From Bacillota bacterium (GTDB taxonomy: Bacteria > Bacillota > Clostridia > Acetivibrionales > DTU013): a stretch of DNA of 64,000 nucleotides. Of this stretch, positions 1 through 9,000 are shown piece after piece. Position 1 is the first letter of the stretch. The number at the start of each line of letters is the position of its first letter. Under the pieces are notes generated by a model that had not been told where the DNA came from, did not search any database, and was given only the letters and a program-made list of their open reading frames with translations. The translations under genes were made by a program, and so were the position numbers. The stretch is from assembly GCA_023435745.1 (NCBI GenBank), contig JAEZMD010000019.1, positions 24,423 to 88,422 of the forward strand, read 5' to 3'.

Positions 1-322
1 GCTCCGGCATTGTCTCCGGCAGGCTGACCCAATAGGAGGTGGTATGCATCTCAAGCTCGGGAAGCGTGACAGGTCCGGATCCGATGTTTTCATGGGTATG
101 CAGCTTGATCTTCTTGAACATGGTGACGAGCGAACTGACCGAAACCTCTCCGCTGCTCCTGTGAACAGCCCTCCCGGTATCCTCCCGGAAAACGTCGATC
201 ACCTTCAGATCCACTGCCAGATTAGCATCCGTATAATAATCCACATTCACCCTGCGCACATAGGCCTTCTTATCGTCAAAGTCCAGCTTCTCCACCTGGT
301 ATTGAACGCCCTCATGCATTAT
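1..322 (-). pseudogene. C-terminal (DUF1998-type) segment of the YprA/MrfA-like helicase. It is out of frame with 312..1913 and runs off the left window edge.
   Basis: Manual minus-strand translation gives an open frame with no stop down to position 1: FIMHEGVQYQVEKLDFDDKKAYVRRVNVDYYTDANLAVDLKVIDVF...HTTSYWVSLPETMPE. It continues the helicase sequence (..VHEEAIY) in another frame. Confidence 0.6.
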
Positions 323-1913
323 AAATCGCTTCCTCATGAACCAGCATAGGCGCGCTGAAACGGTCTGTCTCTCCTATAACCACAGGCTTCGGATCCGATA
401 TGTCAATAATGATGAAGTTTTCATTTGACGCACTTCGCAGACTGATTTCATCCGCAGGAAACACATCTGACATCCAATGCCAGCGGTCGCCCACATGCCG
501 CACCAGTCTTGCCTCCTCCATAAAACTCAGAACATCTTCGGTGGTTTCCACACCGAACCTCTCTTCGTCCGTAAAGGGCAGTTCAAAAGCGGCGCATTTC
601 ATATGATTGTAAAGAATGACCAGATTATCCGGGTTGATCAGGCCATTTTCCGGACTTTTTCCGAAAAAATAGTCCGGGTGACTTATAATATACTGATCCA
701 AAGGGCTGCTGTTCGCGACCAGGAACGCTGCCGACACACCATTCCTTCGTCCTGCACGGCCTGCCTGCTGCCATGTGCTGGCGATGGTGCCCGGATAGCC
801 GCAAATAATACACGCTTCCAACGCGCCGATGTCGATCCCCAGTTCCAATGCGTTGGTCGACACAACCCCTGTAATGCTGCCCTCTCTTAGCCCCTTCTCA
901 ATCTCTCGCCGGAGGTTTGGCAGATAGCCGCCCCTGTAGCCGCGGACCTTTCTGTCCCCATCCTTCGTCCCATGGTAAATGTCCTTGAGATAAGTGACCA
1001 GCACCTCCACATTCAGCCTGCTTCTGGTAAAAACTATGGTCTGCACGCCATTGCGGATCAAGGCCTCCGCAAGCCCTTCCGCTTCCAGCATGCTGCTTCT
1101 TCGGATACCGAGCTCCTTATTGACCAGAGGCGGATTATAAAATATGATGTGCTTTGCACAGCTTGGCGCTCCGTTATTATCAATCAGCTTAATCTCCGCG
1201 CCGGTAATTCTGGAAGCCAGTTCTCCGGGATTGGCAATGGTTGCTGAACAGCATATGAACTGCGGGCTTGAGCCGTAAAATTCACAGATCCTCCTGAGCC
1301 TTCTGATGACATTGGCCAGATGGCTTCCGAATACCCCGCGGTAATGATGAACTTCATCGATGACAATAAACTTAAGATTTTCAAATAGCTTGGTCCACTT
1401 TGTATGATGAGGCAGGATACCGCTGTGGAGCATATCCGGATTTGTCACAACAATGTGCCCTGCCTGCCGTATAGCCTTTCTGGCGGATTGGGGCGTATCT
1501 CCGTCGTAGGTGAACGTTTTGACATCCACACCCGCTTCCGTTATCAGCTCATGGAGCTCGGAGGTCTGATCCTGCGAAAGCGCCTTAGTCGGAAACAGAA
1601 AAAGCGCCCTTGACTCTTCATCCTTTAAAATGGCATCCAGCACAGGCACGTTGTAGCACATGGTCTTGCCCGATGCCGTAGGCGTCACGACTACCACGCT
1701 GCTGCCGTCATGTATCGCCTGGATGGCGCTGGCCTGATGGGAATAAAGCTTTCGTACGCCTCTACTTTCCAGCGCCGTCCTGATCCTCTCGTCAATGAAC
1801 TCCGGATACTCAGCATAAACCGGCTCACGCGCGGGCAGCTCCACCCAGGAGGTGATATTTTTCATCATCTTTTCAGATGCCTTGAAATAATCCAGCATTT
1901 GCTCTAAATTCAT
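312..1913 (-). CDS. DEAD/DEAH-box helicase, YprA/MrfA-like (N-terminal 533 aa; the ORF ends prematurely)
   Basis: ORF track. Walker A TPTASGKT, DEVH box (VIDEVHHY), SAT motif (CSATIANP) and helicase C motifs (QQAGRAGRR). The family normally continues into a DUF1998 domain. Confidence 0.85.
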   Translation of the reverse strand: MNLEQMLDYFKASEKMMKNITSWVELPAREPVYAEYPEFIDERIRTALESRGVRKLYSHQASAIQAIHDGSSVVVVTPTASGKTMCYNVPVLDAILKDEESRALFLFPTKALSQDQTSELHELITEAGVDVKTFTYDGDTPQSARKAIRQAGHIVVTNPDMLHSGILPHHTKWTKLFENLKFIVIDEVHHYRGVFGSHLANVIRRLRRICEFYGSSPQFICCSATIANPGELASRITGAEIKLIDNNGAPSCAKHIIFYNPPLVNKELGIRRSSMLEAEGLAEALIRNGVQTIVFTRSRLNVEVLVTYLKDIYHGTKDGDRKVRGYRGGYLPNLRREIEKGLREGSITGVVSTNALELGIDIGALEACIICGYPGTIASTWQQAGRAGRRNGVSAAFLVANSSPLDQYIISHPDYFFGKSPENGLINPDNLVILYNHMKCAAFELPFTDEERFGVETTEDVLSFMEEARLVRHVGDRWHWMSDVFPADEISLRSASNENFIIIDISDPKPVVIGETDRFSAPMLVHEEAIYNA

Positions 1914-2139
1914 AGCAGTCTCCGAACATATATTCTCTCTTTATTTTAGTATATTATTTATGCGTTGTAAAGAAAGACATATTGGTAAATTGGCGGTGAC
2001 GATCTGGACTGTTATTGTTTTGCAATGTGGTTAATGTGCAACAACGAAAACAAGAGCTTCATTTGCTTGAGCTGAATAGCAGTGACTGTTCAGATATCGT
2101 CAGCCTCACAAACAGCACCGCCGGAGCATGGGCAGTAAC

Positions 2140-3090
2140 CTAAAGCCCCTGTACCAGCTCCGCCATTTCCTCATGCGACACGGCCCTGAAGACCTTGTCC
2201 TTGAACTGTGCTGAGTTTTTGCTGCCCTTGACATACCAGGAAATATGCTTGCGCATTTCCCTAACACCGGTGTACTCACCTTTCAGCTCAACCAGAATCT
2301 CAAGGTGGCGGAGCATCATCTGCTTTTTCTCTTCCATGTCCGGGTTCGCCGGCAGCTCACCTGTGCTGATGTAGTGGTTGATGCTCCGGAACAACCATGG
2401 ATTGCCCTGGGCTCCTCTTCCCACCATCACAGCGTCGCAGCCGGTTTCATCCATCATACGAGCCGCATCCTCCGGCTTATAGATATCGCCGTTTCCGATC
2501 ACAGGGATGGATACGGCATTTTTTACTTTCTTGATTATGTCCCAGTCGGCCTTGCCGCTGTAAAACTGCTCTCTCGTCCTGCCATGCACAGCAATTGCCG
2601 CAGCACCGCTTTTTTCGGCCATGAGCGCAAATTCAACCGCATTGACATGCTCCTCATCCCAGCCCTTACGAATCTTGACGGTAACAGGCTTTTTCGACAC
2701 AGTGACAACCGCCCTGATCAGCCCGGCCGACAGCTCCGGCTTCAGCATCAGCGCACTGCCCTCACCGTTTTTTGTGATCTTGGGAGTGGGGCAGCCCATA
2801 TTGATATCCAGAATCGCCGCCTCTGTGTCATTCAGCTTTTCTGCCGCATAAGCCAGAATGTCAGGCTCCGAGCCAAATATCTGTATTGCGGCAGGCAGCT
2901 CCGAGCCGCTGAGCTGCGCTAGCTTCCAGCTCTTCTCGTCTTTATAATACATTCCCTTCGCACTAATCATTTCCGTGTAGGTCAGACCACAGCCCTGCTC
3001 TTTGCAGAGCACTCTGAAGGGCAGGTCGGTCACACCCGCCATAGGCGCAAGAAAAATATTGTTTTCAAGATTGATTGGGCCTATTTTCAT
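2140..3090 (-). CDS. dusB: tRNA dihydrouridine synthase B
   Basis: [26 protein letters not shown].., TIM-barrel Dus motifs ([15 protein letters not shown]) and a C-terminal helical domain. ATG at 3090 is preferred over the TTG at 3099, which sits only 3 nt from the GGAGG. Confidence 0.9.
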   Translation of the reverse strand: MKIGPINLENNIFLAPMAGVTDLPFRVLCKEQGCGLTYTEMISAKGMYYKDEKSWKLAQLSGSELPAAIQIFGSEPDILAYAAEKLNDTEAAILDINMGCPTPKITKNGEGSALMLKPELSAGLIRAVVTVSKKPVTVKIRKGWDEEHVNAVEFALMAEKSGAAAIAVHGRTREQFYSGKADWDIIKKVKNAVSIPVIGNGDIYKPEDAARMMDETGCDAVMVGRGAQGNPWLFRSINHYISTGELPANPDMEEKKQMMLRHLEILVELKGEYTGVREMRKHISWYVKGSKNSAQFKDKVFRAVSHEEMAELVQGL

Positions 3091-3123
3091 GCAAATCAAC
3101 AGCCTCCGAAATTCCCTTCATCA

Positions 3124-3861
3124 TTAGTGCAGCTTGAGTCTTAATGCTTCCAGCCTTTTCGCCCGTTCAAACGCTTCATGTAAAAACTCCTCTGCCGGTA
3201 AATTCTTATAATCCCAATTCATAGCCTCTATTGCAGTCGCACCTGAGTAACCAGTTTCCGCGATTTTTTCCATAATTAAAGACCAATCAAGCGTACCGTC
3301 AAAGGGTAACCGGTGGATATGGCTCCCGTCATTATCATGTAAATGTAGTGCCATCATCCGGGAACCGTACATAGATAATAAATCATTGCCCGGATAATGG
3401 CGGTAGTGATGTGCGCAGTCATAACAAAACCCGATACGAGGGGAATCCACTTGCTCCAGTATATTCACTAAATTGGTAAGATTCTGTAAATTCTCCAGCG
3501 CAACATTGATGCCAAGCTTTTCCGCTTTTTCAGCGATTTTCTTGATTCTATCCAGTCCCAATGCGTTATATGGCTTGTCTTCGTCGGGCAGGTGGACCAC
3601 CATTGTCGGGATCTCAAATTCGGTGCAATCTGCAACGCATTGCAAATAGCAATTGATTGCGGATTCGCCATCCAGATTGTCAAGCCAGATGTTGTCTTGG
3701 ACTTGGAACGGCGTGTGGATATTTTCTATAAAAAGACCCGCTGCGCGCACAATTTGCGGTCCGCTGCGGTAATCGTTCCGGCCAAGGTGTTCGCTCCACC
3801 ATAATAAAACGCCGTCAAATCCGGCCTCCTTTATTAACTGATAACGTTCTTTTATCGGCAA
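3124..3861 (-). CDS. Sugar phosphate isomerase/epimerase (xylose-isomerase-like TIM barrel)
   Basis: IKEAGFDGV, VVHLP, ALENL and LHLHDNDG motifs. The start is ambiguous. Protein-like residues VTITIYDWFGYE extend in frame to 3897, where the codon at good SD spacing is GTT directly after a TGA. Confidence 0.75.
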   Translation of the reverse strand: MPIKERYQLIKEAGFDGVLLWWSEHLGRNDYRSGPQIVRAAGLFIENIHTPFQVQDNIWLDNLDGESAINCYLQCVADCTEFEIPTMVVHLPDEDKPYNALGLDRIKKIAEKAEKLGINVALENLQNLTNLVNILEQVDSPRIGFCYDCAHHYRHYPGNDLLSMYGSRMMALHLHDNDGSHIHRLPFDGTLDWSLIMEKIAETGYSGATAIEAMNWDYKNLPAEEFLHEAFERAKRLEALRLKLH

Positions 3862-3954
3862 TTCATAGCCAAACCAATCATAAATAGTAATCGTAACTCA
3901 AGTTCTCCTTCGCTTATTATGACGTTCCGTATTATAAAAATATTGCGAAACAGA

Positions 3955-4280
3955 CTAAGCATTATGGCACTCTAAATAATCAACCCTTTTTCCAGTCTTT
4001 ATAGCGTATTCTATTTCACCTTTGTACTTTCGCCTATATATCCGTTTTCGTTAATCACATAAATTTCATCAGACATATCGATTTTTCTTTTATGTATATC
4101 GTCAAGCATTACTTTAATTTCAGGAGTGATGACATTTTCAAACTCACGATCAGCATGTTCAAAAAATCCTACTGAAATAACTATATTCCCTTCTAGAGTT
4201 AATTGTTTTTGTACTTTCAAGAACTCATCATTAAACCTCGTACTCCCGCACAAAGTTATTACTTTATACTTTCCTACCAT
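3955..4280 (-). pseudogene. Small phage-associated CGSTRF-family protein (nucleoside 2-deoxyribosyltransferase-like fold), frameshifted near its 3' end
   Basis: The ORF 4011..4292 ends ..GYIGESTKVK*. The adjacent frame continues GEIEYAIKTGKRVDYLECHNA* to 3955. The break is at the A-run ACAAAGG (plus-strand TTT at 4021-4023). GGAGGA precedes the ATG at 4280. Confidence 0.55.
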
Positions 4281-4462
4281 AATATCCTCCATTTAATTCG
4301 CCTTATCTTACCAACCTGCAATATAAAGTAAAGTACCATCATGCTACCATAACGGTACTTTGCTTTCAATCATTATTTCCCTCCAGGATATCCTTCAATA
4401 TTCACCCTTACTGCTCTGGCCGTCAAAACGTAGCCTCGTCCCTGGTGCATGGAGTTTTCTAA

Positions 4463-5359
4463 CTATAGTTCCCCGCCATCGAGTTCAGTGACAGGTTTTC
4501 CGACTGGCAATAATGCCCGGAGGAGCGCGTGCTTCTCATCAAAGCTCTTTGCGCGTATTTGCAAGCGTTTTCCGAGACGGGCTGCCAGATTAAACGCAAA
4601 AACTCTGCAGGCATCCCTGTCATATAACTGTATGGTGCTCAAATGCATCACTTTTACACCCTGCCTTTCAAGCAAGGACGAGCGCAGCGCATCTTTACCC
4701 AGTTTTGAGGGACTGCTGTGAAAGGCGAAGCTCTCATATTCGACTGCCAATTTCGCATGCTTGTAGTACAGATCCGTATAGCAGCGAACTTCTCCAAGAC
4801 TCATACTCGCTTTGCTTTTAACAATTACCTCATAATTAAAAACTGCGTCGTTAAGTCCGTATCCTCCCAGAGAGTGAGGCAATGTCAGAATCATGTAAGA
4901 TAGCGATTCCATAATTGATGCGGAGCCGTTTTCCGTATATTTCGCTGCTCGTAAGGCTTTTCGGTGTCCAATGTGCCCCGGAGTTTTTTCGAGAAATTTG
5001 TTGAGTTTTTGCTTTGTCGTGATCGCTTCGAAAGGGTTGCCCGGCGGATGCGAGCACAGCTGCAGCCCCAGAAGGATGAGTCTGTGGATGCTTAATTTGC
5101 TTGCAAGCTCAAGAAAGAGCAACTCAGGAGACGCGACCATTTTGCCCTTATGAAATCTAATCGCTCCAACCGGAAGCACAAGTTCGCTCGAATGGATTTT
5201 TTTATTTTTTGTGCGATATCTCGCTTTACGCTCTGAAACCGTTATATCAACCGAATCTGTTTGTTCGGTTCTGCCGAAGACGGCTTCAAAATAGGGGATA
5301 TCCCACATTTTGGCGGCAGACGTATGACTTACATATTTTTCCATATAAGTATTATACAA
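4463..5359 (-). CDS. DUF559/Vsr-like endonuclease-fold protein with an AbiEi-like N-terminal region (hypothetical)
   Basis: 298-aa ORF. The C-terminal motif CYTDLYYKHAKLAVEYESFAFH resembles the D..(V/I)EYDG..H core of DUF559 proteins. Lies in an AT-rich region next to a tRNA. Confidence 0.55.
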   Translation of the reverse strand: MYNTYMEKYVSHTSAAKMWDIPYFEAVFGRTEQTDSVDITVSERKARYRTKNKKIHSSELVLPVGAIRFHKGKMVASPELLFLELASKLSIHRLILLGLQLCSHPPGNPFEAITTKQKLNKFLEKTPGHIGHRKALRAAKYTENGSASIMESLSYMILTLPHSLGGYGLNDAVFNYEVIVKSKASMSLGEVRCYTDLYYKHAKLAVEYESFAFHSSPSKLGKDALRSSLLERQGVKVMHLSTIQLYDRDACRVFAFNLAARLGKRLQIRAKSFDEKHALLRALLPVGKPVTELDGGEL

Positions 5360-5578
5360 TACGGTGCTCAGATTTACAAGTATTGTGGTGTAATTTTCTA
5401 TTAATATGCTTCTATTAAGTTAGATATTAGCAATTAACTTGAAAAAGCACTACCACAATTGAATTAATGAGCAGTGCACTGAAAAATTGGGGCTGTATCC
5501 GCAAATATCTTGGAGCAAAAGCAACCTTCCACATAAACTGTGCGCCCTCTCGGGTTCGATTGCTGTGCTGAAGAATTT

Positions 5579-5610
5579 AAAAGACCACGACTTTTGTCGT
5601 GGTCTTTTTT
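5579..5610. terminator. Bidirectional intrinsic terminator immediately 3' of tRNA-Arg
   Basis: Perfect 10-bp stem AGACCACGAC / GTCGTGGTCT with a TTTT loop, flanked by an A-run and a T-run. Confidence 0.7.
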
Positions 5611-5684
5611 GGCGTCCCGGACAGGAATCGAACCCGCATCAATGGAACCGGAATCCATTACCTTATCCATTAGGCCACCGGGAC
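5610..5684 (-). tRNA. tRNA-Arg (anticodon CCG), CCA encoded
   Basis: Minus strand reads GTCCCGGTGGCCTAATGGATAAGGTAATGGATTCCGGTTCCATTGATGCGGGTTCGATTCCTGTCCGGGACGCCA. It folds as a cloverleaf: 7-bp acceptor stem, anticodon loop TTCCGGT, T-loop TTCGATT. Confidence 0.9.
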
Positions 5685-5701
5685 GTATTGCACTACTGAA
5701 T

Positions 5702-5730
5702 ATTATAGTCTATATCAGATATTTTTACAA
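5702..5730 (-). promoter_or_regulatory. Sigma-A-type promoter for tRNA-Arg
   Basis: Minus strand TTGTAA - 17 nt - TATAAT. The -10 element ends about 17 nt before the mature tRNA 5' end. Confidence 0.5.
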
Positions 5731-5773
5731 CTGTCATTGACCGGGAACAAAATTACCAAATTACCGAACAAAA

Positions 5774-6499
5774 TCACCTGAACAACATGAGCATCCAATT
5801 CATAATCAACGCGCTAAATACCGAACTGAAGATAAAATTCCAGATGAATACGATGATAAATGTCAGCCGCCTGAACAGGAGATTAAAGCGGAACAACACA
5901 TTAACGCCTCTGGAAATGACCCCGGCAGACCATAGAGATATTCCCATAAATATTACCATGTAAAGATTTATCAGCCATGAAGCGCTGTCGGCGGTTATGT
6001 CGCGCGTAAATGTGTAGTAAAGAAGCGTAGAAACAGGAACAATGAAAAAATGGGACATAATATAAACCTTCATGACCTTTATGTAGGAAGCTGTATGCTC
6101 AGCACTCCCTGTACGTTTTAGTCGCAGCAGCGGATTCTCCTCCCCTTCATTATCACCGCTCGCATTAATCTGAGCACTCAATTCCACGGCCATTGTGGTT
6201 TCCTTTTTCTTCAGATACTTAAAAATATCAAAAAGCGGAACTCCAATAAAAACAACATCGATGATGCCAAGCGCCAAAATGACAACCACCGTCATCACAG
6301 CATTAAACCTGACATCGCCGGCAGATCTGCCGGAGAAAATCACCTTAAAAGTATTTGCGACATCCGGTAATAACAGGTCAATCGCACCAACCAGTATAAT
6401 ACCCAATGCCAGAGTAATTTTATTATCTGTCAGCTTTTCGAAAAAACGTACAGGAAAAGCAAATATGTCAATCAAAATATTCATGAATTTCTTCATCAT
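5774..6499 (-). CDS. Multi-pass membrane protein (Yip1-like?), last gene of the ABC-2 operon
   Basis: 241-aa ORF with several hydrophobic segments. Same strand as, and 22 nt downstream of, the permease gene. Confidence 0.5.
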   Translation of the reverse strand: MMKKFMNILIDIFAFPVRFFEKLTDNKITLALGIILVGAIDLLLPDVANTFKVIFSGRSAGDVRFNAVMTVVVILALGIIDVVFIGVPLFDIFKYLKKKETTMAVELSAQINASGDNEGEENPLLRLKRTGSAEHTASYIKVMKVYIMSHFFIVPVSTLLYYTFTRDITADSASWLINLYMVIFMGISLWSAGVISRGVNVLFRFNLLFRRLTFIIVFIWNFIFSSVFSALIMNWMLMLFR

Positions 6500-6521
6500 C
6501 GTCTCCTTCTTTTTATAAGCC

Positions 6522-7790
6522 CTAGCCTCGTCTTAGCTGCATATTAATAATCATATAGCTTGCCGGCAGTAAAATCAACGATATCGCAAATAATACCAGC
6601 AGCGATCTCCCTGCATAAGACAGGGCGGCCGGATCGGTCAGCAGCCTGTTGAGCGCTCTTAGAGCCCATCCCTGAGGCGTGAACAGGGATAGAACCTGTA
6701 CTCCCTGCGGCATTTCTACATAATTCCAAAAGCACCCGCCAACAAAGCCTGTCAACAACGCCAGTACCGGCGCCCCCACCTGCAGCTGTGCCTGTGTCTT
6801 CAGTACTGATGACAGGAACATGCTTATAGCGATTACGGCCAATAGATAAGCAACCAATACTAGCCATGACAGCGGACCTGTGAATAACGAAATACCGAAG
6901 AATAACCTCAGAACAGCAGTAAACATGACTATCTGCAGAATTCCGGCGGCGAACAGGGCCAGTATGCTCCCCTGAAACGACAAAGCAATAGCTCCGGTTC
7001 CAACACCAAGCCTTTTGATCGTCCCATTCACTCTCTCCTCAATAAGCCATCCCCCTGCAAACAGCATGTAAAAACTGATAAACGCGACGATCAGCCCTGC
7101 GGACGACGCAGAAGCCGCAGGAAGAGAAGTCTGCGATACCTGCTCCACCACCCCGGCCTTCAGTTCCTTGTATTCGATTGTCATCAGAGGCTCCGGTTCC
7201 CAAAGATTATCAGCATAAGCATAAACCTCATCCCAAAAATCGCTTCCCGCCGAGATCCCAAGCTCCGCATACTGTTTAGTCACATTGTTGGCAGCCATAT
7301 TTGCAGTAACAATCCGGATGACCTCACCCGCGACAACCTCCGAGGTATACCCTGCGGAATATGAAGATGCAGAACTGACAAGCTCAATCAGTCCGTCACT
7401 CACACCTCTGCGGACGGCTTCGTCAAAGCCCTTTTTAATGATAAAGACCTGCTCTGCCTTATTGTCTTCCAGTAAGGCTGCCGCGGTTTCCCGGTCAGTC
7501 GTAATCAACGCCAGGCCTTCCTTGCCGGAAAGCCTCTCTAACAGCAGCGCCGAATACGCTGATGCATCCTCATCCACCACAGCCACCGGAATAATATCCA
7601 GCTTTTCATGCCGGAAGGAATATCCTGCAGCGATAGTAATCATCAACGGAATCAGGATCATTGCCGAAAAAAGGAGCTTGTCGCCCAACATCATTTTCAG
7701 TTTATAAAAGGCTGTAGAAATCAGTTTAATACGACCTACCCCCTTCTCACAGACTTCATAATCAGCACAGATGCAGCCAGAAAGACACAA
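6522..7790 (-). CDS. ABC-2 type transporter permease
   Basis: An N-terminal TM segment, a large extracytoplasmic loop, then 5 C-terminal TM segments, which is the typical ABC2_membrane_3 layout. The start may be the internal ATG at 7694, because 7790 overlaps the upstream gene by 55 nt. Confidence 0.75.
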   Translation of the reverse strand: MCLSGCICADYEVCEKGVGRIKLISTAFYKLKMMLGDKLLFSAMILIPLMITIAAGYSFRHEKLDIIPVAVVDEDASAYSALLLERLSGKEGLALITTDRETAAALLEDNKAEQVFIIKKGFDEAVRRGVSDGLIELVSSASSYSAGYTSEVVAGEVIRIVTANMAANNVTKQYAELGISAGSDFWDEVYAYADNLWEPEPLMTIEYKELKAGVVEQVSQTSLPAASASSAGLIVAFISFYMLFAGGWLIEERVNGTIKRLGVGTGAIALSFQGSILALFAAGILQIVMFTAVLRLFFGISLFTGPLSWLVLVAYLLAVIAISMFLSSVLKTQAQLQVGAPVLALLTGFVGGCFWNYVEMPQGVQVLSLFTPQGWALRALNRLLTDPAALSYAGRSLLVLFAISLILLPASYMIINMQLRRG

Positions 7791-8944
7791 CCCATTGCTG
7801 CAAGTACCATAGCATAAAGGTCGGTGCCCATCGCATCATTTCCAGAAAACAGCACCATAAATCCGTCCATTGCCCATCGATTGATCGTCAGCCTGCTAAG
7901 GTTCCTGATGAAGGCCGGCATGGACGAAAGCGGATAAATACTGCCTCCAACCACAGCCATCAGAAGGATACCCAGATTCCCGATGATATCAGCAGAGGCA
8001 GGCGATGAAGAAACCGCCGCCACAAATAACGACCAGGCACTGACTGCAAGAATAATCCCGCCAAATAGCATCAATATATTTTTAATCGGCGCTCCCCAGT
8101 AGTTATTGAACAATTTTGACGTAACAGCTATGATGAGTCCAAACTGCAGTATCAGCAGCAAAACGGACACCAGCAGCTTTGACAGTACGACCTTCCACAT
8201 TCCCACCGGTGCGGCGGACAGCCTTCTGGTGATACCTTCGCTTCTTTCCGTCACCAGCATTTTCATCCCCGGCATTCCGGCGAACATTAAGAAAACAACG
8301 ATCAGCGCCGCTGTAAAATACTCCACCGGCGTCAAATCATAGCCAGACTGCCTGTCCACCGTAGTAAAAACCTCATTTCTCGCCAGGGCCTCCATGAAGT
8401 ATTCCATAATAGCATTGTTGTATCGGGCATCCAGCTCCGCTCCGGCGAGTCCTGCCTCATAATCATAATGGTAAATGGTGATGATGGCACTCTGTGCCGC
8501 TGATACCAGATTCGCCGCACTCTGTATAATGTTTTTTACTATATAGGCCTGCAATGGCTTGGCGCTGCTGCCCACAACGGTCACGGGTCTGTTCTCACCG
8601 ACAGCCACGCTGTTAGTAAAATCAACAGGGATGATGATAACTCCGCCCACAATCTGATCAGAAAGCTGCTGTATGGCCTCATCCTCACGCAACCGCCGGA
8701 TCTCACTGAACAAGCTGATCTCTTTTAGTTGATTCTCAAGCATTCTGGTTTGCGTGGTATCCTCCATATCCACCAAAGCTATCGGAAAGGGCTCGATAAA
8801 GCTGCTCTTGTCAAGATAGGGCGACAAGGCATACGTAAAAAAAGAAATGAAAAGCAGCGGTGCCGCAAGCAGCAGCAGACAGGCTTTCCAGTCCTTCAGG
8901 AACAGTCTTGCATCATTTTTCAGCAGTGTTAAAAATGAAGTCAT
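7736..8944 (-). CDS. ABC-2 type transporter permease (paralogue of 6522..7790)
   Basis: Same architecture: TM1, an extracytoplasmic loop of about 150 aa, then a C-terminal TM bundle. Confidence 0.75.
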   Translation of the reverse strand: MTSFLTLLKNDARLFLKDWKACLLLLAAPLLFISFFTYALSPYLDKSSFIEPFPIALVDMEDTTQTRMLENQLKEISLFSEIRRLREDEAIQQLSDQIVGGVIIIPVDFTNSVAVGENRPVTVVGSSAKPLQAYIVKNIIQSAANLVSAAQSAIITIYHYDYEAGLAGAELDARYNNAIMEYFMEALARNEVFTTVDRQSGYDLTPVEYFTAALIVVFLMFAGMPGMKMLVTERSEGITRRLSAAPVGMWKVVLSKLLVSVLLLILQFGLIIAVTSKLFNNYWGAPIKNILMLFGGIILAVSAWSLFVAAVSSSPASADIIGNLGILLMAVVGGSIYPLSSMPAFIRNLSRLTINRWAMDGFMVLFSGNDAMGTDLYAMVLAAMGCVFLAASVLIMKSVRRG

Positions 8945-9000
8945 TCTTTGAGTTATGCCTCCTGCATCATTGCCGAGATTTCAATCCTGCCTGGACATCA

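Noticed and set aside
2245-2922. 225-aa plus-strand ORF inside dusB. Similar long antisense ORFs occur at 10972..11559, 32066..32746, 38100..38633, 38649..39158, 43661..44092, 45403..45936, 51043..51516 and 57027..57548.
   Set aside because: Each lies entirely antisense to, or out of frame within, a gene with clear family motifs. The translations are low-complexity or Arg/Ser/Cys-rich with no motifs and no SD sequences. They are treated as shadow ORFs.
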